DNA of 64,000 bases. Origin: Candidatus Saccharimonadota bacterium (GTDB lineage: Bacteria > Patescibacteriota > Saccharimonadia > Saccharimonadales > Saccharimonadaceae). Within the stretch, counting starts at the first letter, position 1, and each line of letters starts with the position of its first letter. The stretch covers positions 3,495 through 67,494 of the forward strand of contig JAFRCO010000005.1 in assembly GCA_017404325.1 (NCBI GenBank). Reading direction: 5' to 3'. Shown here piece after piece: positions 44,571 through 54,294 of the stretch. The notes under the pieces are model-generated. The model ran no database searches. It was not told the DNA's origin and saw nothing but the letters and a program-made list of their open reading frames with translations. The position numbers and the translations under genes are program-made.

Positions 44571-44941
44571 TGGCTACTCATTTCGCACATGCATATGAAA
44601 AAGGTATTGATTCAATGCCACGAAAAACTAGTATTGTCGCGGCGCTTGTCCGTGATCGCTACGTTGCTGACGCGGTAGTAATTTTAGAAAACACTCCGCG
44701 TCGTGCTGCAAAAGCAGTTCGTAAGGCAGTTGAATCAGCAAATGCTAACTTACTCAACAATTCGAAAGTTAGTATTGATCCAAAAACTGTTAGAATTTCC
44801 AGAATCTCGGTAACTAGCGGAACGAGAATGCGCCGATACAAACCGGCTTCGAGAGGTCGCGCTTTACCGTTTGAGAAGATTAGTAGTAATATTTTCGTCG
44901 AGGTCGCCGGCGAAGAAAAAGTAAAGAAGGAGAAAAAGTAA
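44570..44941 (+). CDS. rplV: 50S ribosomal protein L22
   Basis: Gene order and L22-like core (SPRK analogue MPRKTS, ..GTRMRRYKPA.RGRA). Confidence 0.88.
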   Translation: MATHFAHAYEKGIDSMPRKTSIVAALVRDRYVADAVVILENTPRRAAKAVRKAVESANANLLNNSKVSIDPKTVRISRISVTSGTRMRRYKPASRGRALPFEKISSNIFVEVAGEEKVKKEKK

Positions 44942-44942
44942 T

Positions 44943-45569
44943 ATGGGTCAGAAAGTTAATCCCATCTCTTACCGCCTTCAAGTCAGTAAAGACTGGTCCT
45001 CGAAATGGTTTACGAGGAAAGCAGATTTTCGTCGCTGGCTAGTCGAAGACGATAAGATTCGCAAGATGATTGAGGAGAGATTTAAAGCTCGTCCGACAAT
45101 CGCGCGGGTTAATATTGAACGCTCTGCTAATCTTACGACGATTACTATTCTAACCGCAAAGGCTGGAGCTGTAATCGGAAAGCAAGGCGCCGGTATTAAT
45201 GAATTAAAGAAAGAACTCGAGAAAATCGTCGAGGGACCGATTCGCATTAACGTCGAAGAAGTCAAAAAACCAGAATTAAACGCTAAATTAGTAGCGGAAA
45301 ATGTCGGTTTCCAACTCGGAAAGCGTATGAATTTCCGCCGAGCAGTTAAGATGGCTCTACAATCGACGATGAATGCTGGAGCAAAAGGTGTTCGCATCGA
45401 AGTTGCTGGACGTCTTAATGGCGCAGAAATGAGCCGCCGTGAAAAGTTTATCGAGGGATCAGTTCCTCTACATACTCTTCGTGCGGATATCGATTTCTAT
45501 TGCCACCATGCGCCAACTATTGCTGGCATCGTAGGAGTTAAAGTTTGGATTTATAAGGGGGAGAAATAA
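44943..45569 (+). CDS. rpsC: 30S ribosomal protein S3
   Basis: MGQKVNP start, KH domain GKQGAGINELK, GRLNGAEM.R.E. Confidence 0.95.
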   Translation: MGQKVNPISYRLQVSKDWSSKWFTRKADFRRWLVEDDKIRKMIEERFKARPTIARVNIERSANLTTITILTAKAGAVIGKQGAGINELKKELEKIVEGPIRINVEEVKKPELNAKLVAENVGFQLGKRMNFRRAVKMALQSTMNAGAKGVRIEVAGRLNGAEMSRREKFIEGSVPLHTLRADIDFYCHHAPTIAGIVGVKVWIYKGEK

Positions 45570-45570
45570 A

Positions 45571-45990
45571 ATGGCTATTTTACTTCCAAAGAAAACTGCA
45601 CACCGCAAGGTACGCAAAGGTAAAAATGAAGGCGTGGCAACACGCTGCAACACGGTCGCTTTTGGTGACTACGGTTTAATGTCGCTCGATAATGAGCGTA
45701 TTAACAGCCGCCAAATTGAGGCTGCTCGTCAAGCAATTACTCGTTATATTAAGCGTGGTGGTAAGATTTGGATTCGAATCTTCCCGCACACTCCAGTAAC
45801 GAAGAAACCATTAGACGTAAAAATGGGTTCCGGTAAAGGCGAACCACAATTCTTTGTGGCAAAAGTCAAAGCTGGAACTGTTATGTTTGAAATTGCGGAC
45901 GTAACTGATGAGCAAGCTAAAGAAGCTTTAAGATTGGCAGGGCACAAATTGCCTGTTAAATGCAAAATAATAAAGAAAGAGGAGTTCTAG
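45571..45990 (+). CDS. rplP: 50S ribosomal protein L16
   Basis: LPKKT.HRK..KG, RQIEAAR.AI.RY.KRGGK.WIRIFP, MGSGKG. Confidence 0.95.
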   Translation: MAILLPKKTAHRKVRKGKNEGVATRCNTVAFGDYGLMSLDNERINSRQIEAARQAITRYIKRGGKIWIRIFPHTPVTKKPLDVKMGSGKGEPQFFVAKVKAGTVMFEIADVTDEQAKEALRLAGHKLPVKCKIIKKEEF

Positions 45991-45991
45991 A

Positions 45992-46342
45992 ATGGCACAC
46001 ACACTCATAGGTACAGTAACCTCCGATAAGCGTGATAAGACCATTACGGTCTCCATCGTTTCGCGCGAAACGCATCCGCTTTATCGCAAACAATACACGA
46101 AGACCCGTAAATATACTGCCCATGATGAAAAGAATGAGGCTAAGGTCGGTGATCGTGTAGAAATTAAAATGGTTCGCCCGATCTCGAAGACTAAAGCTTA
46201 CACTTTAGTTAAAATTATCGAGAAGTCACGTGGCACCGTTGAACTTAAAGACGATGTGATTGCGGTTAAAGAAGAGAAAAAAGTCGGCGCTGATGCAGAA
46301 GCTAAAGCAAGAAAGGCTGCCGAAGAAGGGGAGGAAGAGTAA
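45992..46342 (+). CDS. rpsQ: 30S ribosomal protein S17 with ~35-aa acidic/basic C-terminal extension
   Basis: [14 protein letters not shown] ... HPLYRK ... AHDE.NEAKVGD.V.I...RP.SKTK. Confidence 0.9.
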   Translation: MAHTLIGTVTSDKRDKTITVSIVSRETHPLYRKQYTKTRKYTAHDEKNEAKVGDRVEIKMVRPISKTKAYTLVKIIEKSRGTVELKDDVIAVKEEKKVGADAEAKARKAAEEGEEE

Positions 46343-46710
46343 TGATACAACAAGAAACTAGATTAAAAGTCGCGGATAATTCCGGCGCAAAGGAACTTGG
46401 AGTAATCCGAGTACTTGGCGGAACTCGTGCAAGATATGCTCGGGTCGGCGATATTGTGACTTGCTCGGTCAAAGACGCAACCCCGACTGGTGGCGTAAAG
46501 AAGAAAGCGGTAGTAAAAGCCGTAATTGTACGCACAGTCCAACCGATTCGTCGTCCAGATGGTTCGACTATTCGTTTCGACGAAAACGCGGCAGTACTCG
46601 TAAATGAAGATAAAACCCCGCGCGGAACTCGTGTTTTCGGGCCAATCCCGAGAGAATTACGCGATGCCGGCTTCACAAAAATTATTAGCTTAGCTCCGGA
46701 GGTGCTCTAA
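46342..46710 (+). CDS. rplN: 50S ribosomal protein L14
   Basis: [18 protein letters not shown] start. Confidence 0.95.
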   Translation: MIQQETRLKVADNSGAKELGVIRVLGGTRARYARVGDIVTCSVKDATPTGGVKKKAVVKAVIVRTVQPIRRPDGSTIRFDENAAVLVNEDKTPRGTRVFGPIPRELRDAGFTKIISLAPEVL

Positions 46711-46711
46711 A

Positions 46712-46987
46712 ATGAAAAGTCTAAAAATTGGCGACAAAGTTTTAGTAATTTCCGGTGATAACAAAGGCAAAGAAGCTAAAATCGTAGGAATTGATCGCGA
46801 AAATCATAAAGCAATGCTCGAAGGCATCGGTTTAGTTGAACGACACATGAAAAAGTCTTATCTAAATCCGGCTGGTGGCAAGAAAACGATTCATGTAGGA
46901 ATTGATCTATCAAATTTGAAGTTAGTCGAAGCAGCAAAATTTGAGAAGAAAGCAAAAAACGCTAAGGCAAAGAAAGGAGCTAAGTAA
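46712..46987 (+). CDS. rplX: 50S ribosomal protein L24
   Basis: KIGDKVLVISGDNKGKEAKI KOW motif; gene order. Confidence 0.9.
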   Translation: MKSLKIGDKVLVISGDNKGKEAKIVGIDRENHKAMLEGIGLVERHMKKSYLNPAGGKKTIHVGIDLSNLKLVEAAKFEKKAKNAKAKKGAK

Positions 46988-47574
46988 TGGCGGAAAAGAA
47001 AAAAGCTAACATTTCGACCGAACCACGTCTTAAAGCTCTTTATAAGACCGAGGTGAAAGCGAAATTACAAAAGGAATTAGGTTTAGCTAATGTAAACCAA
47101 GTTCCAGAATTAAAGAAAGTTGTGGTTTCGGCTGGTGTCGGTAAAAAACGCGAAGATAAAAAATATACTGAAACAGTGGCTTTAACGCTCGCGAAAATTA
47201 CTGGCCAGGCGCCGACTTCGAGATTAGCTAAAAAATCGATTGCAACATTTAAAATTCGTAAAGGAATGGGTGCGCCGGTCGGCTATCTCGTAACACTCCG
47301 AAACGATAAAATGTATGAATTTGTCGATAGATTAATCAATGTAGCTTTACCGCGCGTACGTGATTTCCACGGCGTATCGAGAAAAGCTTTCGATGTACAA
47401 GGAAATTACAATTTAGGTCTTAGAGAACAAACTGTATTCCCGGAGATTACCTTCGAAGATGCAGCAGTTCTTCACGGACTTGAAGTAACGTTTATTATTA
47501 AAAATGGTTCAAAGGAAGGAAGTCTAAAGTTGTTAGAACTTTTCGGAATGCCGTTTGAAAGAGAGGAGAAATAA
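46987..47574 (+). CDS. rplE: 50S ribosomal protein L5
   Basis: Gene order; LPR.RDF.G, GNYNLG..EQ..FPEI motifs. Confidence 0.93.
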   Translation: MAEKKKANISTEPRLKALYKTEVKAKLQKELGLANVNQVPELKKVVVSAGVGKKREDKKYTETVALTLAKITGQAPTSRLAKKSIATFKIRKGMGAPVGYLVTLRNDKMYEFVDRLINVALPRVRDFHGVSRKAFDVQGNYNLGLREQTVFPEITFEDAAVLHGLEVTFIIKNGSKEGSLKLLELFGMPFEREEK

Positions 47575-47575
47575 G

Positions 47576-47845
47576 ATGGCGAAAAAATCTGCAGTTCTCC
47601 GCGATGAAAAACGACGCAAGATGTATGAAAAATATAAAGCTAAGCGCGCTGAGCTTAAGGCGGCCGGCGATCTTGAAGGCTTACAGAAGTTGCCACGCAA
47701 CGCTTCGCCAACAAGACTAAAGAACCGCGATATGCTTGACGGTCGTCCGCGTGGATACATGCGCCGATTCGGTCTTAGCCGTATTAATTTCCGGGAAAAA
47801 GCTTCGAAAGGCGAAATTCCTGGTGTAACAAAGAGTAGCTGGTAG
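47576..47845 (+). CDS. rpsN: 30S ribosomal protein S14 (long, non-zinc type)
   Basis: MAKKS start at 47576, [21 protein letters not shown] motifs, no CxxC pairs. Confidence 0.9.
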   Translation: MAKKSAVLRDEKRRKMYEKYKAKRAELKAAGDLEGLQKLPRNASPTRLKNRDMLDGRPRGYMRRFGLSRINFREKASKGEIPGVTKSSW

Positions 47846-47861
47846 GAGAAAGGAGAGAAAT

Positions 47862-48263
47862 ATGTCATTACAATCTACAGATCAAATTGCAGACCTCGTT
47901 ACACGCATTCGCAATGCAGTAGCTATTGGTAAAAATGAAATCCTCGTTCCTACTTCTAAACTTAAACAAGGAGTTGTTGAGGTTTTAGCGAAAAATGGTT
48001 ACATCGCGAACTTTGAAGTCCAAGCTGGCGAGCCACGCGGACTTCTAAAAATTGTAATTAACGAATCTGGCATGAACGCGAAGATTAACGAGATTTCGAA
48101 AGTCTCAAAACCAGGTCGAAGAGTTTACTCTTCGGCAGAGGATCTTCCGGTTGTTAAATCTGGACGTGGTATGGTCATCGTATCAACCTCGAAAGGATTA
48201 ATGACTGGTCGCGAAGCGAAAAAGAATCGTTTAGGTGGCGAAATCTTAGTCAAGGTTTGGTAA
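47862..48263 (+). CDS. rpsH: 30S ribosomal protein S8
   Basis: D.IAD..TRIRNA, GGE.L..VW C-terminus. Confidence 0.93.
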   Translation: MSLQSTDQIADLVTRIRNAVAIGKNEILVPTSKLKQGVVEVLAKNGYIANFEVQAGEPRGLLKIVINESGMNAKINEISKVSKPGRRVYSSAEDLPVVKSGRGMVIVSTSKGLMTGREAKKNRLGGEILVKVW

Positions 48264-48271
48264 TTAAAAGT

Positions 48272-48300
48272 AAAAAAATAGCCCTGCAGGGCTATTTTTT
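48272..48300. terminator. Palindromic (bidirectional) terminator after rpsH
   Basis: AAAAAATAGCCC-TGCA-GGGCTATTTTTT. Confidence 0.8.
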
Positions 48301-48352
48301 GTTGTTTTATTAATCTCTCAAAAAGCTTATCGTTGCCCCTGTTTGACGGGCG

Positions 48353-48361
48353 TGGTATAAT
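48353..48361 (+). promoter_or_regulatory. Extended -10 (TGGTATAAT) for the 1925-aa adhesin gene
   Basis: Sequence match; SD AAGGAG follows. Confidence 0.55.
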
Positions 48362-48393
48362 GGCGACAATATTAGCGAAGGAGTTAAAAAATA

Positions 48394-51300
48394 ATGAGCG
48401 TAAAGCGTAAAATATTTAATATTTTCGCGGCGGTATTGATAGCTTTCGGTTCCGTGCCGACGGCTTTTTTGAATACCTTTGCGGAAGAAACAACAAACCC
48501 TGCGGGCGATGCCCCAAAAAGTTCAAAAACTGTTACCGCTAACGGGGACGGTACATATGATGTAAAAATTGAAATCGAGGGTGTTTCGAGCGAACAAGAT
48601 GAGGCAACGAAAGCCAATGTCGTAGTAGTTCTTGACACGTCCGGAAGTATGGATACTCCGTCAGTTATGACTGCAAGTTCTACTGGGCGTTATGGGATGG
48701 TAAATGGTGATTATTCAAATTTATATAGGCAATCTGGTTTGCGTTGTGTCAGAATCACTAATGATACGACAACAGGCACGGTTTATTCTGATAATAGCTG
48801 TGATAGTAGATATACTGGCACTCGTTATGTTGGTAGTGGTTCAACGCGCCTTCAAGTCGCGAAAGATGCAATTAACGATTTAGCCGACCAGCTCCTCTCG
48901 CAAAATGATCCTTCTAACGAAGTATTCAAAGATGTAGTAGAAATGTCTTTTATCGATTTTTCCTCTAGTATAAAAGCCAATACAACCCATAATACTGCTT
49001 CTAATAATGCTCCGACTACTAATGTAAATACTTTTCAAAACTGGGTCGATGCAACATCGGCTACTGGCGGAACGAACTGGGAAACTGCTTTATCGGCTGC
49101 CAATAGCACTTCTTTCGGCACCGGCGACAATGATAAAACATATATAATTTTTGTTTCGGATGGTAACCCGACCTATCGAGATTCTGCATATGTAAGTAGG
49201 CCGGGTGATTGTAGTGGCAATTCTTGTCCTCCGAGTCCTTACGGAACTGGGTATAGTGACCCGAATTCATACAACTTAAATGCTGCAATAGACGTAGCAG
49301 ATGTAATCACTGCAGAAGGAAGCAATAAGGAATTATATACTATAGGGGCATTCGGTAGTGTATCGAATATGCAAAGTCTTGGTGGAAATTATTATTCGGC
49401 CAGCAATCAGACCGCACTTGAAGAAGCATTCGCTGAAATCGTAGATAAAATTTCTAAAGGTCTTTCTGTAGCTGATTTACAAATCACCGACGGTATTACG
49501 GCGGCGACTTCTATGCCAGTAAGCGGTACGGCTGGGGCATTTAGATATGAGGTACCCGACGATTGGGAGACGGCTGGATATGAACCAGCAACTTTTGACG
49601 GTTCAGCCGTGCATTGGAACCCAGGTCATCATAATACGCTTTCGAATGGTCAAAAAGCATCTGTAACATTTACTGTATGGCCAAGCCAAGAAGCGTTAGA
49701 TTGTATTGCGACAATTAAAAATGGTGGTACCTGCGATAAGGATTTAAGTGCATTTGGTCTTGAAGTAGTAGTGGATGAATATAACAATGTAAATTATTAC
49801 TTACAAACCAATACTACGGCTAGCTTTACCTATCGTACAGCAACTAAAATCCAAGGCAGCGATGAAGTAGTTTATTCTGATGCTTCTGAACCAGTAACTA
49901 TTAAGCTAACAAGAAATGTTCCGCCGCTACCGGAAACTTTGCTTTCGGTAACGAAGGTTTGGGCGGATAGTATGGATCCGAAACAACGTAATGATCTTAG
50001 TAAAGTGACGCTTGATTTCTATGTTGACGACGTAAAGGTAAATACTTATGAATTTACCGGAAATGCAGAGGGGAGTGAATGGATTAACGCTAACGGAACC
50101 ACCGATGGTTATACATACGCCGTTGCACCTGGTGTGATGAAAAAGTTGGCTGGTCTTTCGTCCGATGAAGCAACGACCTTGAGAAACATTGCTAATACAA
50201 CTGGTGGCGGAGTTGTGACGGTCAATGGGGTTGAATATGCCATACTTGAAAAAGGTCATACTTACAGATTCGAAGAGTTTTATACACTTACAACGCCAAC
50301 TAGCACAAATCACTATAAAATCACAAAGAAGGTTTATCATCCGATGATTGTAGATGATGGCTTTATTCACGATGTAGAGTTTAGCGAGGATGGTAGCGCT
50401 GCGGTTATTGACTCAAATAAGTTAACAAAGCTTTCAGCGGAGAACACTTTAAATGGTGGCATTAAAGTTTTCAAAAAAGTTATTAACAACGATGTTGAAG
50501 ACACTTCGGTAAATGATGATTATACAATTACAATAAATGTCTCCGAAGAAACCGGTCTTTATAGAATCTTGCATGCTGACGGTACGAGAACCGACGATAT
50601 TGCGTTTGAAAATGGCACTATTACAGTCACAATTAAACAAACTGATCAAATTCTCGTTAAAGACTTATTAGACGGGACTACATTCTCGGTTTCCGAAACC
50701 TTACCGGATGGTTACGATAGAAACAAAGTCGAATATGAATTAATTGATTATAATAATAACCAAAGTTCAACAACTGGTAGTGCAGCGCAAGTAGTCCATG
50801 GTAACATGAGCTCAACCGCGACAATAACGAACTATCTCAGCTCTGGTGATTTGATCATCTCAAAGACCGTGAAAGTTGATAGTGGAAATGAGGAAAAAGC
50901 ACAAGGTCAAAAATTCGGTTTTACAGTATACTTCTACGAAAATGAAGACGATGAAGAGCCGGTACGAGTCGACAATACTACTTGTAACTTATCGAAAAAC
51001 GAAGACGGTGAAGATATAGATAATAGAATCTCACACGAAGGAACTTGTACGATTGAAAATATCCCGAAGGGTTGGCATTACAAGATTGTTGAAGAGGCTA
51101 AGGCTGGATTTAACGAAGGTGAGGAAACCATCAAAGAAGGTACCATTAAGCAAGGTAATAACAAAGAGGAATTTGAAAACACTTACAAAGTAAATTCGTT
51201 AAAGACCGATATCTTCGCAAAGAAAGGCTTTACCAATAATATATTCTGGTTGCCTTCAGATAACTTTACCTTCCAGATGAAATATAACGACGCTGTTAAA

Positions 51301-54171
51301 GATAGTGCGGTCGTCAATTTGGATAAAGATACAGCGACATTTGAAGTCGAGATTACTGACGAGGGCGAGTTTGAATATACAATTGCTGAGCTTGAAGAAG
51401 GCTTCCGTACTGGCGTATCGCGTGTCAGCGGTGACAAAAATGTGGTTTGGACAATTGTAACCGAAGATAATGGCGAGGGTGATTTAATCTTAAAGTCGAA
51501 AACCGTTTCAAAAGACGATGATGACCAGACCGATAACCAAACGATTTATAACCAATACGTAGGCACGACAACTTACGGCAAGAATAAAGAACTAGAGTTT
51601 GAGAAGGACTTGCAGGGTCGTGATTGGAACGATGATGATGAATTTACCTTCGCGATTTCAAGCACCGATAGCGACGCGCCAATGCCAAAGGATGCAAACG
51701 GTAGAACCGTAACAAGTTTAATTGTCGATAAAGACCATAAGAAGGTTAACTTTGGAACAATTACGTTTGACCAGAGCTTTGTAAACAATAAGGTTTATCA
51801 TTACACAGTTACCGAGACCTTTGACTCTTCAGCGATTCAAAGCGTTGTGCAATCAGATGATACTAAGGACGGAATTTCCTTTACGATTAAAGTTGAATAT
51901 ACTAGGGAAGGCGAATTAAGTTTGGTAGTTTCTGACTATGAGAATACTTTTGTGAATATTTATGAGACTAAAAATATCACGGCAAAGAAGATTTGGTCAG
52001 ATGATAGCGACCGAGATGGATTAAGAGCAGATTACGATCTTTACGTAGCAGTAAAAGATGGTGATGAATATGTGGCCTACAAAGCAATTGATGTAAGCGG
52101 TACTTCTAATGAAGAAAACTTCACATTTGAAGATTTGCCACTATTCCGTGACGATGCAGACGAAGAGATCGAATATACGGTTGTTGAAGCAACTGGTTGC
52201 GCGACGAGTGATAGCGGGGTTATTACTTGCGAAAAAGAGTTTGAAAACAACGAAAGCGACGGGGTTTATAGCGTTAGCTATAGTAATGGAAATACAATTA
52301 CCAATGCTCATACTCCAGAAACTAAGACTATTACAATCAAGAAGACTTGGGATGTACCGGAGAGTGGTTTACCATCAACCCAACCAGCTTTCATCTTAGT
52401 TGATCTCACAAATGATGAGAATAACGAGAAGAAGGCAGTACGTCTAGAAGGAAATGACTATGGCGAATGGACTTCTGACCCGATTACGGTTCTTACTTAT
52501 AAGAATCATGGTGAGGATATCACTTACGAAGTTAAGGAAACCGGAATTAATGGCGAGAATAACTTAACCGGCGACAACAAGGATACTTTGTATATTTATA
52601 ACGGTGAGATTCTCGAAGGTAAATGGGTAGCTGAAAGCGTAGAGGATTCGTTCGAAGTAAAGAACACTTGGACGGCAGCAACAAACGTTTACGGGGGAAG
52701 CACTAAGTTCTACATTAAGAAGGTCGACGATAAAGACCGCGCAATGTCTGACGTAAAATTCACTGTTGATGGTAAAGAATACACGACTAATGCTAAGGGT
52801 ATCATCGAAATCAAGGTTGCAGAAGATACTGAGACCGCCGAGGATGATTTAACCTTCGCAATTAAAGAAACTGAAACTCAAGAAGGCTATGACCTCGTTA
52901 GTGGTACTGAAAACTTAAATGTAACTAGTACAAGTAGCTTCGATAGAGCAGATGTTAACGAGATGAAGAATTATTATACAAAGACCTATAGCTTCGATCC
53001 AACCGAAATTAATGGTTATGTCTGGAACGACAATATGTATATTGTAACCAACAATCGAAGCAAGGCTAATTCTTTGAAGATTGAGAAGACTTTCTCGGGC
53101 GTCTCGAAAAATGCCTTGAAAGACTTGACCTTTACGGTTACAGGGCCGAACGACTTCGGTGATGAAGGCGAAATGACGATTAACTTCGAAGATTGTGATA
53201 TTTCGGGCAATAAAGCAACTTGTGAAGTTGACGCAGATATCTTTACTGGAAACTATACAGTTGTAGAGAATAATGCAGAAGTTAAATACTTTGACTTAAC
53301 TACTTCTGGTGACAATAACGCAACTAAGAAGGTTAGTAGCGGTAGCGATGTGGTCTTTAAGATTACGAACAAATACGTTGCAAAGACAACTTCATATACT
53401 ATAACGAAGGTTTGGGATGATAATCACGATCAGGATGGTAAAAGACCTGGTAGTTTAACGGTTAATCTTAAAGCCGACGGTAAAACTGTGGAAACTGAAC
53501 AGTTGTCCGATAATTACGAAGGCGATGAGGAAAACATCTGGACAATTACTTGGGATAACTTGCCAATCGCAAATGAAGACGGAGATGAAATTGGTTACCT
53601 AGGAGAAGAAGAGTTAAAATCTGATGACTACGATTTAACTAATACCGAAGAAGGAGATAGTTCGATTACCTTTACGAACACTCATGAGCCAGAACTAATT
53701 AATAAGACTGGCGAAATCAAGGTTACGAAGATTTGGGAAGATGGTAATAATAAGTTAGGCGTTCGACCAGGTAGCATTTACGTAGTCTTACTAGCAGATG
53801 GTGAGGAATTCGACGCAGCCACGTTCGGCGAGAACAAAGATGGTGAATGGGTCTTTATATTCGAAGATCTTTATAAGTATAGCGGAGGACACGAGATTGA
53901 GTATTCTGTTGAAGAAGGCAAACTTAGCAACGACTATAGTACTAAGATTGAAGGAAACGCCACGGATGGGTTTGTAATCACTAACCGAAGCACAAACCCT
54001 TGCGCATTTGGCGGATGTGGCGGTACCACTCCGAATACTGGTCACTTTACTAAAAACACGGGTTCAGCAACGGCTGAGGATGGAATCATGAATGTGTGGA
54101 TCGGCGGAGCAATGGCGGTCTTACTATTCGGTTTCGGTTTCGTTAGCCGAAGCGTAAAAAGAAAAAAATAA
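48394..54171 (+). CDS. 1925-aa sortase-anchored adhesin: signal peptide, vWA domain with inserted arms, many Cna-B/prealbumin-like repeats, TPNTG sorting signal
   Basis: MIDAS VVVLDTSGSMD, GGTNWETAL, IIFVSDGNPT. At least five repeats of the type [TK]K[VI]W.D...DG.RP..[LI].V.L. C-terminus TPNTG + hydrophobic helix + RSVKRKK. Confidence 0.85.
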   Translation: MSVKRKIFNIFAAVLIAFGSVPTAFLNTFAEETTNPAGDAPKSSKTVTANGDGTYDVKIEIEGVSSEQDEATKANVVVVLDTSGSMDTPSVMTASSTGRYGMVNGDYSNLYRQSGLRCVRITNDTTTGTVYSDNSCDSRYTGTRYVGSGSTRLQVAKDAINDLADQLLSQNDPSNEVFKDVVEMSFIDFSSSIKANTTHNTASNNAPTTNVNTFQNWVDATSATGGTNWETALSAANSTSFGTGDNDKTYIIFVSDGNPTYRDSAYVSRPGDCSGNSCPPSPYGTGYSDPNSYNLNAAIDVADVITAEGSNKELYTIGAFGSVSNMQSLGGNYYSASNQTALEEAFAEIVDKISKGLSVADLQITDGITAATSMPVSGTAGAFRYEVPDDWETAGYEPATFDGSAVHWNPGHHNTLSNGQKASVTFTVWPSQEALDCIATIKNGGTCDKDLSAFGLEVVVDEYNNVNYYLQTNTTASFTYRTATKIQGSDEVVYSDASEPVTIKLTRNVPPLPETLLSVTKVWADSMDPKQRNDLSKVTLDFYVDDVKVNTYEFTGNAEGSEWINANGTTDGYTYAVAPGVMKKLAGLSSDEATTLRNIANTTGGGVVTVNGVEYAILEKGHTYRFEEFYTLTTPTSTNHYKITKKVYHPMIVDDGFIHDVEFSEDGSAAVIDSNKLTKLSAENTLNGGIKVFKKVINNDVEDTSVNDDYTITINVSEETGLYRILHADGTRTDDIAFENGTITVTIKQTDQILVKDLLDGTTFSVSETLPDGYDRNKVEYELIDYNNNQSSTTGSAAQVVHGNMSSTATITNYLSSGDLIISKTVKVDSGNEEKAQGQKFGFTVYFYENEDDEEPVRVDNTTCNLSKNEDGEDIDNRISHEGTCTIENIPKGWHYKIVEEAKAGFNEGEETIKEGTIKQGNNKEEFENTYKVNSLKTDIFAKKGFTNNIFWLPSDNFTFQMKYNDAVKDSAVVNLDKDTATFEVEITDEGEFEYTIAELEEGFRTGVSRVSGDKNVVWTIVTEDNGEGDLILKSKTVSKDDDDQTDNQTIYNQYVGTTTYGKNKELEFEKDLQGRDWNDDDEFTFAISSTDSDAPMPKDANGRTVTSLIVDKDHKKVNFGTITFDQSFVNNKVYHYTVTETFDSSAIQSVVQSDDTKDGISFTIKVEYTREGELSLVVSDYENTFVNIYETKNITAKKIWSDDSDRDGLRADYDLYVAVKDGDEYVAYKAIDVSGTSNEENFTFEDLPLFRDDADEEIEYTVVEATGCATSDSGVITCEKEFENNESDGVYSVSYSNGNTITNAHTPETKTITIKKTWDVPESGLPSTQPAFILVDLTNDENNEKKAVRLEGNDYGEWTSDPITVLTYKNHGEDITYEVKETGINGENNLTGDNKDTLYIYNGEILEGKWVAESVEDSFEVKNTWTAATNVYGGSTKFYIKKVDDKDRAMSDVKFTVDGKEYTTNAKGIIEIKVAEDTETAEDDLTFAIKETETQEGYDLVSGTENLNVTSTSSFDRADVNEMKNYYTKTYSFDPTEINGYVWNDNMYIVTNNRSKANSLKIEKTFSGVSKNALKDLTFTVTGPNDFGDEGEMTINFEDCDISGNKATCEVDADIFTGNYTVVENNAEVKYFDLTTSGDNNATKKVSSGSDVVFKITNKYVAKTTSYTITKVWDDNHDQDGKRPGSLTVNLKADGKTVETEQLSDNYEGDEENIWTITWDNLPIANEDGDEIGYLGEEELKSDDYDLTNTEEGDSSITFTNTHEPELINKTGEIKVTKIWEDGNNKLGVRPGSIYVVLLADGEEFDAATFGENKDGEWVFIFEDLYKYSGGHEIEYSVEEGKLSNDYSTKIEGNATDGFVITNRSTNPCAFGGCGGTTPNTGHFTKNTGSATAEDGIMNVWIGGAMAVLLFGFGFVSRSVKRKK

Positions 54172-54186
54172 ATAATATATAATTTA

Positions 54187-54215
54187 AAAGGTCCCTCATA
54201 AATGAGGGATCTTTT
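54187..54215 (+). terminator. Rho-independent terminator after the adhesin gene
   Basis: TCCCTCA-taaa-TGAGGGA flanked by AAAAG / CTTTT. Confidence 0.75.
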
Positions 54216-54294
54216 AATATGGTCATACACAATTAATTGACTTTTTAGGGGAAATAATGGTATTATAATAGTGAGCGATAGTCGTGGAGAACTA

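Noticed and set aside
46302-46676. 124-aa minus-strand ORF, plus the many other 60-160-aa antisense or off-frame ORFs in the supplied track (for example 42552-42956, 43784-44176, 44978-45397, 56993-57475)
   Set aside because: They are shadow ORFs inside strongly supported genes (ribosomal proteins, transporters, adhesins). They have low-complexity or biased composition and no translation signals.
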